From positions 68,382 through 132,381 of the forward strand of contig JAWLBL010000005.1 of the NCBI GenBank assembly GCA_041687695.1: 64,000 nucleotides of DNA. Reading direction: 5' to 3'. The translations under genes were made by a program, and so were the position numbers. This document shows positions 47,842 to 56,914 of the stretch, piece by piece. Under the pieces are notes generated by a model, which made no database searches, was not told the origin of the DNA, and saw only the letters and a list, made by a program, of their open reading frames with translations. Numbering within the stretch: position 1 is the first letter of the stretch; every line of letters starts with the position of its first letter. Source of the stretch: Myxococcota bacterium. GTDB lineage: Bacteria; Myxococcota_A; UBA9042; PHBI01; JAWLBL01.

Positions 47842-50340
47842 ATGGCCCATCTCGTCGTCGCCCGCGAGGCGCTCGACCGGTTCGTCGCCGAGCTGCCCGC
47901 CGCGGGCGTGCTGGCCGACCGCCTCCGCCGCATCGCCGAGACCACCCGCGCCCTCATCGAGCAGGCCCTGGCCTCGCCCGATCACCAGGCCGCGTGGATA
48001 GACCACAACCTGGCGACGTTGATCGCCGGCGGCATGGACGAGGACGCGACGCGTCCGGCGGCGGCGACGCTGTTCCTGGGCGTCCGGCGGCGGCTCAGCG
48101 CCGCGCTCGAGGCCGATCCCGACGACCTGGCGACGGCGCTGGCGCTGGCGTTGGGCGCGCGAGAAGGCCTGGACGACCCGCGCATCGCCGAGGACGTGGC
48201 GATGGTGGCCAGGGCGCTGGGGCGTCCGCAGGCGGGGCCGCGCCTGGTGGCGGCCGCGGTGGGGCTGGTGGTCGCGGCCGGCGAGGCCAGCGACAAGGCC
48301 GTGGCGCAGGCGGCGGCCGGCGTGCTGGGCGTCGTGCAGAGCGCGGCGCAGGCGACGGCGCGGCGGCTGCCGGACCACCCGGACGCGGCGCTCGAGGTGG
48401 TCAAGCTCGAGCTGATGAGCGCGCGGGCGGCCGAGGGCAGCGAGCGGGCGCGGGCGCTGGACCGGGTGCACGGCCTGCTGGGCGACCACGAGCGGCGGTT
48501 CGGGCCGACGGCCGCGGCGCGCAAGCTGCTGGCCGAGGTGCTGGCGCTGCGGGCGCGGGCGTCGGCGGCCGGCGACGACATCCGGCGCGAGGCGGTGCAG
48601 CTCATCGAGGCGGGCGCGCGCGACCGGAGCCTGGCGCCGCAGCAGGCGCGCAAGCTGGTGCGGGCCATCGAGCGGGCCGGGGCGCTCGACCGCGACACGG
48701 CGGCGCACCTGACGCAGGTGGTCGAGACGCACGCGGGCGAGGACCTGGGCGCCTGGCGCGAGGTGCTGGCCGTCCTGCTCGAGAGCTCGGGCGAGGAGGG
48801 GGCGCTGCTGAACCTGTGGGAGCGGACGCTGCAGGACGACCCGAAGAGCGCCGACGCGGCGCGCGGGCTGTTCCAGCGGCTGGTGCGCAACCTGCGGGCG
48901 GGGCTGGCGACGCCGTACGAGAGCGGGGTGCTCGACCGCGTGCTCGAGGCGGTCCCGTACGGGGCGATGGCCAAGCTCGGGGCGCAGGACGTCGATCTGC
49001 TGATCGGGCGGCTGCGCGAGACGTTCGGGACGGCGCGGGCGGCGGCGTTCGTGCGCGACCGCCTGCTGGCCACGCGGGACCTGCGGGGGCGCGAGCCGCT
49101 GTGGGGGCGCGCGCTGGATCTGTTCGAGGAGCTGGGCGACGAGGGCGAGCTGCTGGAGGCGGCGCGGCTGGCGACGAAGCACGCCGACAGCGCGCGCGGC
49201 CGGCTGACGGTGGCCCGCAAGCTGCTGGACCGGGGCGAGGGGCTGGACGAGGCGGCCGAGGCGCTGCGGCCGCTGCTGAGCGCCAAGGGTCAGGCGGCCT
49301 CCGAGGCGCACGCCCTGAGCCAGCGCATCGGGCAGCACCCGGCGCTGCGGGACGCGCGCAAGGGCGCGCTGCTGAGCTTCGAGGACCGGCTGGGGATCGG
49401 GACGGCCAAGAAGTTCAAGCTGCGCATCGTGTTCACCAGCCGCGGGTGGGTGCTGGCCGAGGTCGTGGACCAGCCGGCGCCGGACTTCTACGAGCACAAG
49501 CACCTGCGGGTCATGGTGCGCGCCGAGGACCTGCCGCAGGGGGTGTCGCCGACGGATCTGCGCAAGGGCGACCACCTGATGGCGCCGGTGCGCGGGACGG
49601 ACGCCGACCCCAGCAAGGACAAGGAGGGGCTGCGTGTGTACTGGGTCGCCGACGCCAGCGCCGTGTCGCTGGAGATCGACCCGAAGAACCTGGCCAAGCG
49701 CTGGGACAAGGAGGAGGCGGCGTTCGGCATCGGGCAGGACAAGCTGGTCCCGCTGAAGGTGTGGTGGGACACGCGGCGCAAGCGGCTGGCGGCGCGGCTG
49801 CTGAGCGAGGGCGGCGGGCGCGAGTTCCAGGAGCGGCCCGAGGTGGCGCCCGAGCAGCTGCCCGAGGGGGTGGACGCCGAGCGGCTGGGCAAGGGGCGGC
49901 GGTTCTGGGGGCGGGTCGAGCGCACCGGCGAAGACGCCGAGGGGCGGCGCGGCTATCGGGTCGCGGGCAAGCTCGAGACGTCGGCGCCGGCGGCCGAGGC
50001 TGCGCCGGAGCATCCGACGCCGACGGAGATCGCCGAGGACGAGAGCGGCGCGCCGCTGCCGGACCAGCCGACGCCGGTGCCCGGCCCGCAGGCGGGCGAC
50101 GCGCGGCGCCCGGACGAGGCGCAGGACGAGAGCGGCGCGACGCTGGAGCGCGAGGAGCCGGCGGCGAAGGCGGGGGGCGGGGCGCCCGAGCATCCGCTGC
50201 CGACGGAGATCGCCGAGGACGAGAGCGGGGCGCCGCTGCCGGGGGAGCCGACGCCGGTGCCCGGGCCGCAGGCGGGTGACGCCAAGCTGCCGGACGTGCC
50301 GCAGGACGAGAGCGGGGCCCCGCTCGAGGAGACCCGGTGA
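47842..50340 (+). CDS. Hypothetical protein: long alpha-helical/TPR-like region, two putative S1/OB-like domains, acidic repeat tail
   Basis: ATG after GAGGAG; helical Ala/Leu-rich N-terminal two-thirds; two beta-rich segments with similar ...LP.GV...LxKG... motifs. Confidence 0.65.
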   Translation: MAHLVVAREALDRFVAELPAAGVLADRLRRIAETTRALIEQALASPDHQAAWIDHNLATLIAGGMDEDATRPAAATLFLGVRRRLSAALEADPDDLATALALALGAREGLDDPRIAEDVAMVARALGRPQAGPRLVAAAVGLVVAAGEASDKAVAQAAAGVLGVVQSAAQATARRLPDHPDAALEVVKLELMSARAAEGSERARALDRVHGLLGDHERRFGPTAAARKLLAEVLALRARASAAGDDIRREAVQLIEAGARDRSLAPQQARKLVRAIERAGALDRDTAAHLTQVVETHAGEDLGAWREVLAVLLESSGEEGALLNLWERTLQDDPKSADAARGLFQRLVRNLRAGLATPYESGVLDRVLEAVPYGAMAKLGAQDVDLLIGRLRETFGTARAAAFVRDRLLATRDLRGREPLWGRALDLFEELGDEGELLEAARLATKHADSARGRLTVARKLLDRGEGLDEAAEALRPLLSAKGQAASEAHALSQRIGQHPALRDARKGALLSFEDRLGIGTAKKFKLRIVFTSRGWVLAEVVDQPAPDFYEHKHLRVMVRAEDLPQGVSPTDLRKGDHLMAPVRGTDADPSKDKEGLRVYWVADASAVSLEIDPKNLAKRWDKEEAAFGIGQDKLVPLKVWWDTRRKRLAARLLSEGGGREFQERPEVAPEQLPEGVDAERLGKGRRFWGRVERTGEDAEGRRGYRVAGKLETSAPAAEAAPEHPTPTEIAEDESGAPLPDQPTPVPGPQAGDARRPDEAQDESGATLEREEPAAKAGGGAPEHPLPTEIAEDESGAPLPGEPTPVPGPQAGDAKLPDVPQDESGAPLEETR
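50002..50328 (+). repeat. Intragenic direct duplication with 180-nt period
   Basis: APEHPxPTEIAEDESGAPLPxxPTPVPGPQAGDAxxPDxxQDESGAxLE encoded at about 50002-50148 and 50182-50328. Confidence 0.9.
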
Positions 50341-50870
50341 TGGTAGCGGCGGGCGGGTTCGAGCGGCTGATCGTAGAGACGACCGGGCCGGCCGCGGGGG
50401 CGCTGACCCCGGGGGCGGTGCTCTTGGCGTTGGCCACGGGGGCTGGGGTCAAGGCCGAGGAGGTCGGCGCGCTCGAGCCGGTGGGGCGCGGGCGGGCGCT
50501 GGTCGAGGTGGCGCAGGCGCGGGCGGCGCGGGTCGGGACGCCGCGGCTGCTGCCGGTCGCGGCGGCGGGCGGGACGGCGGTGCTGGCGCTGCGGCGACCG
50601 GACGATCCGCCGGCCGAGGAGCCGCTCGAGGTGACGCTGCGGTGGGAGGACGGGGGGCCGGCGCCGGCGCCCGGGGCCCTGGCCGCGGCGATCGCCCAGG
50701 CGACGCAGGGCCGGGTGGACGCCGAGCTGATGGGCTGGGCGCTGCCGGCGAGCGGGTGGATGCGGCTGTCTCTGCCCGAGCGGGCGCTGTTGGGCGAGGG
50801 GCTGCCGGAGCGGCTCGAGGTGGCCGGTCGCACGCTCCTGGTCGAGCACGACGGAAAAAAAAAGCCCTGA
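50340..50870 (+). CDS. Small protein with two DbpA RNA-binding-domain-like repeats
   Basis: TPGAVLLALATGAGVKAEEVGAL...ALVEVA and APGALAAAIAQATQGRVDAELMGW...RLSLP resemble the PGdivgai....Gi....IG.I....vEvp pattern of the DbpA RBD. Confidence 0.5.
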   Translation: MVAAGGFERLIVETTGPAAGALTPGAVLLALATGAGVKAEEVGALEPVGRGRALVEVAQARAARVGTPRLLPVAAAGGTAVLALRRPDDPPAEEPLEVTLRWEDGGPAPAPGALAAAIAQATQGRVDAELMGWALPASGWMRLSLPERALLGEGLPERLEVAGRTLLVEHDGKKKP

Positions 50871-52876
50871 GATCGCCGGCCGAGGCCCTGGAGTTGGCCG
50901 CCGAGCGGCTGCGGGGCCAGCTGGACGCCGGGACGGTGGACCGGCAGGCGGGCGCGCGCGGGCTGGCGCGGCTGGGGCGGGCGCTGCTGCGGCGCAGCCC
51001 GGGTGACGCGGAGCTGGTGCGGGCGTTCCAGGTGCTGCGGGGGCGGGCGTTCGACCCGCCGCGGCCGCTGGCGCTGCCGTCGGGGTCGTGGCGCGCCGTG
51101 TGGGACGCGTTGGCGGCGCTGGAGGCCGACGAGCGGGCGACCCTGGCGGGGACGCTGATGACCCTGCCCGACCCGGCGGGCGACCCGGCGGGCGCGCTGG
51201 CCGTGATGGAGCTGCTGGCGACGGTGCCCGAGCAGCACGACCGCGCCCGGGCGCTGCTCGATCGGCTGGAGGGCCACGTCCCCGAGGCGCGGCTCCGGCT
51301 CTGGTCCTTCCGCCTGGCGCTGCCTCAGACCCATGGCGCCGAGGCGCTCGACGCCGCGCTGGCGCCCGTCCTGGCGGCCGCCGACAGCGACCCCACGGCG
51401 GCGGCGACGGCGCTGCGCCTGGCCGCGTCCGCGTGGCTGGACGACCACCTCGACGAGCACCACGGCTGGCTGGTCCCCGTGTTGGGCGGGCGCCACGTGC
51501 CAAACGCGGCGCTCGCGGCCCGGCGCCGCCCGGCCCTGCGTGACCGCCTGGCCCCGGCCTACCGCTGGCTCGGCCAGGCCGAGACCCTCGAGCCGGCCGC
51601 CGACGAGGCCACCCTCGACGGGCTGCTGCTCGCGGCGGCCTCGCACGACCGCGCCGGCCGCGTCGCCGACGCCACGGCCGCCCTCGAGCAGGCCCTGACG
51701 CGGTCCGGCGACCGCCCCGACCTCGCCGAAGCCCTGGTCGCCCGCGGCCAGCTGCTGCTGTCGGCCGACCTCGTCGAGCGCGCCGCCGCCCGGGCCGCGC
51801 TGCCGGTCGATCCCGCGATGCGCGCCGACCTCATCGCGACCGCGCGCCGTCCGGTCGACCCGCCGCCCCGCGACCCCATCGAGCCGCCGCGCGTCGGCTG
51901 GTCCCACCGCGTGGCGGAGCTGGGCGGCGACGGCGGCGCCCGCGACGAGAGCGATCTGGCCTTCCTCGAGGCCGCCGGCTCACGCGCCCGCGCCGCCGCC
52001 GGCTGGCTCCGACGCGACGACGATCTGGCCCTGCTGCACGCCTTCCGCCTGCGCGACGCCCTCGACGAGGACGGCCTGGGGAGCCTCATCGGCAAGCTGC
52101 GCGCCCGCGTGCCCGACGACGAGGACGTCCTGTCCGACGACGCGACGACCCGCGAGCTGGCCGCCGCGCTGCTGGCCCTGACGCCCGACGGCCTGTCGCG
52201 CGCCCTCCAGTCGGTCCGCCTGCGCGCGGCCGGCGGGGCCCCGGTCCCCCCGCGCCCCCCCTCCGAACCCGAGGGCGCCCCCGAGGACCCGCACAGCCCC
52301 GAGAGCCGCCTCGCCGCCGCGACCGACCTGACCCTGGCCGGCCGCCACGACGCCGCCGCGGCCATCCTGACCGCGCTGCTGAAGCGCACCCCCGAGGCCG
52401 GCGCCCACGTCGAGGGCCCCTTCCTGGCCCGCCTCTTGGACGCGACGGCCACCCTGCTCGCCGAGGAGCGCCCCCCCGAGGCCCTGGTCGCCGTCACCGG
52501 CAAGGCCCTGGCCAGCGATCTCCCCTGGCGTGACCGCCTCCTGGATCTGTTGGCCGCCCGCCCGCTGGCGGCCTACGCCGTGCACGAGCCGCTCGCGCGC
52601 CTGGGCCTGGACACCCACCAGCCCGACCCGCAGCGCGTGCGCGGCCTGGCCGCCTGGCTGGCCATCTGGCGCGCCAGCGACACGCCGCCCGACCCGGTCA
52701 CGCTGCGCGACTTCATGCGCGCCGACGCGACCCTGGTCGCCCTCGCCGCGCGCCGCCTCGCGACCGCCCCCGACCCGGTGGGCGACGCCGCGCGCCTCGT
52801 CGCCCAGCACCCGCCGCTCGAGGCCTCGGCCGCCGACTGGGCCCAGGTCATCGCCGCCGCCAGCCGCCCAGGCTGA
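50867..52876 (+). CDS. Hypothetical alpha-helical/TPR-like protein; start uncertain (CTG 50867, TTG 50894, or frameshift fusion with the upstream gene)
   Basis: Coding-like composition begins right after the A9 tract; the first ATG lies far downstream. Confidence 0.6.
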   Translation: MRSPAEALELAAERLRGQLDAGTVDRQAGARGLARLGRALLRRSPGDAELVRAFQVLRGRAFDPPRPLALPSGSWRAVWDALAALEADERATLAGTLMTLPDPAGDPAGALAVMELLATVPEQHDRARALLDRLEGHVPEARLRLWSFRLALPQTHGAEALDAALAPVLAAADSDPTAAATALRLAASAWLDDHLDEHHGWLVPVLGGRHVPNAALAARRRPALRDRLAPAYRWLGQAETLEPAADEATLDGLLLAAASHDRAGRVADATAALEQALTRSGDRPDLAEALVARGQLLLSADLVERAAARAALPVDPAMRADLIATARRPVDPPPRDPIEPPRVGWSHRVAELGGDGGARDESDLAFLEAAGSRARAAAGWLRRDDDLALLHAFRLRDALDEDGLGSLIGKLRARVPDDEDVLSDDATTRELAAALLALTPDGLSRALQSVRLRAAGGAPVPPRPPSEPEGAPEDPHSPESRLAAATDLTLAGRHDAAAAILTALLKRTPEAGAHVEGPFLARLLDATATLLAEERPPEALVAVTGKALASDLPWRDRLLDLLAARPLAAYAVHEPLARLGLDTHQPDPQRVRGLAAWLAIWRASDTPPDPVTLRDFMRADATLVALAARRLATAPDPVGDAARLVAQHPPLEASAADWAQVIAAASRPG

Positions 52877-52908
52877 CCCCCGGCGGCCGCGCCGCCGCCG
52901 CTCCGATT

Positions 52909-52937
52909 TCGACTCGGGCCCGGACCGGTGCTATAAG
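52909..52937 (+). promoter_or_regulatory. Putative sigma70-type promoter of the APC transporter gene
   Basis: TCGACT-17 nt-TATAAG with TG extension (TGCTATAAG, 52929-52937). Confidence 0.4.
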
Positions 52938-53015
52938 CGCGCCCGCTCGGGGACGAATTCGGCCGCACCGTCCGTTCCCCCCCGGGCCCCGCGCTCCACC
53001 CGGAGGGACACCCCC

Positions 53016-55655
53016 ATCGCCACCCACGCGGAAAGCTCCTCGCCTGCGCCCCAGCCGGGCGGCCCCAACGGCTCGCGCCGCGTCATCGACGGCCTCGGCG
53101 GCTTCTCCATCGTCGCCGGCTCGATGCTGGGCATCGGCATCTTCCTGTCGCCCAGCGTCGTCGCGGGTCACCTCAGCTCACCGCTGCTCTTCCTGGGCAT
53201 CTGGGCCCTGGCGGGGCTGTTCGCCTACGCCGGCGCCGTCGCCTGCGCCGAGCTCGGCGCCATGATGCCGCGCGCCGGCGGCGACTACGTCTTCCAGCGC
53301 GCCGCCTTCGGCCCCTCGGTGGCCTTCGCCAGCGGCTGGGTGCTCTTCGCCGCCATCATGTCGGGCTCCATCGCGGCCATGAGCGTCGGCCTGTGCCAGT
53401 ACCAGCTCCCCACGCTGCTCGGCGTCGACCTGTCCCAGGCCGTCCTCGGCCCCGTCACGGGCGTGCAGCTGTCCGCCATCGCCCTCATCCTGGGCTTCAC
53501 GGCCATCAACGCCGCCGGCACGCGCCTGTCCGCCACCGCCCAGAACCTGATGACGCTGATCCCCATTGGCATCCTCGGCCTGGTCGCCCTCTACGCCATC
53601 CTCGCCGGCCCCAGCCCGGGCCACGTCATCGCCGCCGCCCCCGCCGCCGACGCGCCCGTCAGCGCCGAGGCCCTGGTCATGGCGTACATGGCGGTCTACT
53701 TCGCCTACTCGGGCTGGAACTCCGTCATCTACGTCGCCGGCGAGGTCCGCGACCCGGGCCGCAACATCCCCCGCGCCCTCACCAGCGGCACCCTCGCCGT
53801 CACCGTCCTGTACCTCCTGCTCTGCCTCGCCTTCCTCAGCGTCCTCGGCCTCGACGGTCTCGCCTCGCTCCAGACCGACGCCGGCACCGCCACCGCCACC
53901 GCCCTCGGCGGCGACGTCGGCCGCCTCGCCATCACCGTCCTCATCGCCTGCGCCCTCGCCGCCTCCCTCAACGGCACCGTCCTCGGCGGCGCCCGCGTCG
54001 CCTTCGCCATGGGCCAGGACGGCGCCTTCTGGTCCGGCGCCGCCCGCCTCCACCCCAAGACCGGCGTCCCCACCCGCGCCCTGTGGCTGCAGGCGCTGTG
54101 GTCCTGCGGCCTCGTCCTCAGCAACCAGTTCGAACAGATCCTGAACCTCGTGAGTCTCGCCATGGTGATCACCGGCTCCCTGACCGTCGCGTCCCTGTTC
54201 GTCCTCCGCCGCCGCATGCCCGGCGCGCAGCGGCCCTACCGCGCCACCGGCTACCCCTGGCTGCCGGCGCTCTATCTGGCCTCCAGCGCCGTCGTGCTGC
54301 TGGTCATGGCCGGCCGCGCCGTCGCCCCGGCCGAGGGCACGACGGGCGCCTGGTACCCGCTCATCGGCCTGGGCATCCTCGCCCTCGCCTTCGCCACCCA
54401 CCGCCTGTGGCTCCGCGGCCGCCAGCGCGGGGTCCTCGCCGCCCTGGTCGCCGCCGCCGTCGGCGCCGGCCTGTTCCTCGCCGCCCCGGCCGCCCGCGCC
54501 TCCGAGCCCGCGCCCGCCCCGGCCGGCGCCACCATGGACGTCGCCCCGCTGCAGGCCGCCGCCGCCGCCGCGCGCGACACGCGCAGCTCCAAGGCCGTGC
54601 GCGACCTGTACGCCGTCCTGACCTGCGCCGGCGACACGCCCTACGAGGTCGCCAACTACGACCGCTACTGCAAGCGCTACCGCAAGTACCAGGCGACCTA
54701 CCGCGAGCGCTTCAAGACGGTCGCCGGCCCCTGGATCGCCGACAAGCGCCCGGGCGGCCTGCCGAACGTGGTCCTGTACCCGTTCAGCGGCGCCGACCTC
54801 ATCAGCAGCGTCCTCGCCTACCCCGACGCCCTGCTGCACATCCACATGTCGCTCGAGCACGGCGGCCCGGCCTACGCCCTGGAAGACCTGACCGCCAACA
54901 AGCGCGGCCGCGCCCTGTGGCGCCTGCTCGACAGCGCCAAGGGCCTGCTCAACCTGGGCGACAGCAAGACCAAGGACCTCCGCCTCGCCCACCTCGACGA
55001 TCTGCCCGGCAAGCTGCCGATTACGCTGGTCGGCCTCGCCGCCCACGACGCCGAGGTCGTCTCCATCCGCTACTTCAAGGTCGGCGACGACGGCCGCCTC
55101 GAGTACTTCGACGCCGACGAGAAGGTCGGCGCGCGCCCCAAGACCGGCCACCGCGCCGAGTTCGACGCCCGCTACTCGAACTTCGAACTGGCCTTCAAGC
55201 TGCCCGGCTCGGACCAGCTGCGCCTGCTCCAGCACGTCGCGACCGATCTGCACGACTCCAAGCTGGGCGCCGACAAGGGCAAGGGCGTTCGCGCCTGGCT
55301 GCAGGGCCTGGGCCGCGTGTCGTTCATGACCAAGGCCGCCACCTACCTCCTTTGGAGCGACGGTTTCTCGACCATCCGCAACATCGCCATCGACCAGTCC
55401 GAGTGGATGATCTCCGACGCCAGCGGCGTGCCCCGGCGCCACCTGCCGGCCTCCGACTGGGACGTCACCGCCTACGGCAAGTACAGCTGCCCGCTGCTGG
55501 ACTGGGCCAAGAAGGACGCCCGCGCCATGGCCATCAGCGACGAGCTGGCCGAGTGGTTCAAGACCTCGTCGGCCGAGCCCGGCCTGGCCTTCCGCTTCGG
55601 CTACATCGACTGCCGCGGCCAGAACAGCGTCGTCATCGCCAAGCGCCGCCGCTAA
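53016..55655 (+). CDS. APC-family amino acid permease fused to a C-terminal extracytoplasmic domain of unknown function
   Basis: GSMLGIGIFLSP, AELGAMMPRAGGDY, FAYSGWN...AGEVRDP, GARVAFAMGQDG, RPYRATGYPWLP; then a ~385 aa soluble domain. Start probably ATC at 53016. Confidence 0.85.
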   Translation: MATHAESSSPAPQPGGPNGSRRVIDGLGGFSIVAGSMLGIGIFLSPSVVAGHLSSPLLFLGIWALAGLFAYAGAVACAELGAMMPRAGGDYVFQRAAFGPSVAFASGWVLFAAIMSGSIAAMSVGLCQYQLPTLLGVDLSQAVLGPVTGVQLSAIALILGFTAINAAGTRLSATAQNLMTLIPIGILGLVALYAILAGPSPGHVIAAAPAADAPVSAEALVMAYMAVYFAYSGWNSVIYVAGEVRDPGRNIPRALTSGTLAVTVLYLLLCLAFLSVLGLDGLASLQTDAGTATATALGGDVGRLAITVLIACALAASLNGTVLGGARVAFAMGQDGAFWSGAARLHPKTGVPTRALWLQALWSCGLVLSNQFEQILNLVSLAMVITGSLTVASLFVLRRRMPGAQRPYRATGYPWLPALYLASSAVVLLVMAGRAVAPAEGTTGAWYPLIGLGILALAFATHRLWLRGRQRGVLAALVAAAVGAGLFLAAPAARASEPAPAPAGATMDVAPLQAAAAAARDTRSSKAVRDLYAVLTCAGDTPYEVANYDRYCKRYRKYQATYRERFKTVAGPWIADKRPGGLPNVVLYPFSGADLISSVLAYPDALLHIHMSLEHGGPAYALEDLTANKRGRALWRLLDSAKGLLNLGDSKTKDLRLAHLDDLPGKLPITLVGLAAHDAEVVSIRYFKVGDDGRLEYFDADEKVGARPKTGHRAEFDARYSNFELAFKLPGSDQLRLLQHVATDLHDSKLGADKGKGVRAWLQGLGRVSFMTKAATYLLWSDGFSTIRNIAIDQSEWMISDASGVPRRHLPASDWDVTAYGKYSCPLLDWAKKDARAMAISDELAEWFKTSSAEPGLAFRFGYIDCRGQNSVVIAKRRR

Positions 55656-55666
55656 GGAAACGTCTC

Positions 55667-56746
55667 GTGTCGCGCCCCACCCCGCCCCAGCCCCAGGACC
55701 AGGCGTCCCCCGAGCCGCTCGCCCGCCTGAGCCGGCGCGCCGCCCTCGGCCGCCTCGGCTGGGGCGCGGCGGGGCTGCTCGGGGCCGCCCTGGTGCCTGG
55801 CAGCGCCCAGGCCGCCCCGGCCAAGGCCAGCAAGATCCGCGACATCGAGAAGTCGTCGCTGGGCACGACCATTTACATGCAGCTCGAGTCGGCCCCCTTC
55901 CCCGCCCCGGGCGCCCGCTACACCGACGACACCGTCATCGTGTTCGTCCCCAAGCACTTCCGCGTCCACAAGCAGGACAACTACCGCATCGACACCCTGA
56001 TGCACTTCCACGGCCACCGCGACACGGCCGACCAGGCGATGAAACGCCACCAGCTGCGCGAGCAGCTCGCCGCCAGCAAGCAGAACGCCATCCTGGTCCT
56101 GCCGCAGGGGCCGGTGAAGGCCGAGGACTCGCGCGGCGGCAAGCTCGACCAGCCCAAGGGCCTGCTCAACCTCCTGACCGAGATCCGCAAGACCCTGCAG
56201 ACCTCGCGCCTGCAGCTCGCGCTCAAGGAGTGCGGCGTCCCCAACGCCGCCCGCATCGGCAAGCTCATCCTCAGCGCCCACTCCGGCGGCTACAAGGTCG
56301 CCGCCCACTGCGTCGCCCGGGGCGGCTACAACGTCAACGAGGTCTGGCTGTTCGACGCCCTGTACGCCCGCGTCGACGAGTTCCGCGACTGGCTCGCGGC
56401 CGCCGCCCACCACGACGACATGGACAACCGCCGCAAGCTCATCAGCTACTACAGCGGCGAGCAGCCCACGCGCGCCAACAACCAGCTGATGCGCGACTTG
56501 AAGCGTCTGGGCATCAAGTACCTGCACGAGACCCGCGAGGGCGAGCTGTCGCGCAAGGACTTCGTCAAGGCCCGCGCCATCTTCATCGTCACCCAGACGT
56601 CGCACCAGGGCACCGTCTACAAGTACAACAACCTGCGCGACTGCCTGTACGCCTCCTGCTTCAAGCGCTACCTGAAGTCCGACTGGTTCGACGAGATCGA
56701 GGGCCCGCGCCCGCTCGACGCGCGCGACCGCCGCGCGCAGCGCTGA
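55667..56746 (+). CDS. Tat-exported alpha/beta-hydrolase-like protein
   Basis: SRRAAL twin-arginine signal with AQA cleavage site; HFHG; LSAHSGGY nucleophile elbow; LFDALY. Confidence 0.75.
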   Translation: MSRPTPPQPQDQASPEPLARLSRRAALGRLGWGAAGLLGAALVPGSAQAAPAKASKIRDIEKSSLGTTIYMQLESAPFPAPGARYTDDTVIVFVPKHFRVHKQDNYRIDTLMHFHGHRDTADQAMKRHQLREQLAASKQNAILVLPQGPVKAEDSRGGKLDQPKGLLNLLTEIRKTLQTSRLQLALKECGVPNAARIGKLILSAHSGGYKVAAHCVARGGYNVNEVWLFDALYARVDEFRDWLAAAAHHDDMDNRRKLISYYSGEQPTRANNQLMRDLKRLGIKYLHETREGELSRKDFVKARAIFIVTQTSHQGTVYKYNNLRDCLYASCFKRYLKSDWFDEIEGPRPLDARDRRAQR

Positions 56747-56914
56747 GCCACGCGCCCGAGCCGCTTGGGCCGGCCGGGAATTCCGGTCAAGGGGTTGAGC
56801 GCGCGCCGACGGGGCCCATGGTTGGGGCCGTCGCAGCCCCGCCGCCGCGCGAGGCCGACGACCCGACCTTGAGGCCGCCCGGCGCGATCGGGCTCGACCA
56901 GGAGGACCGGCCGC

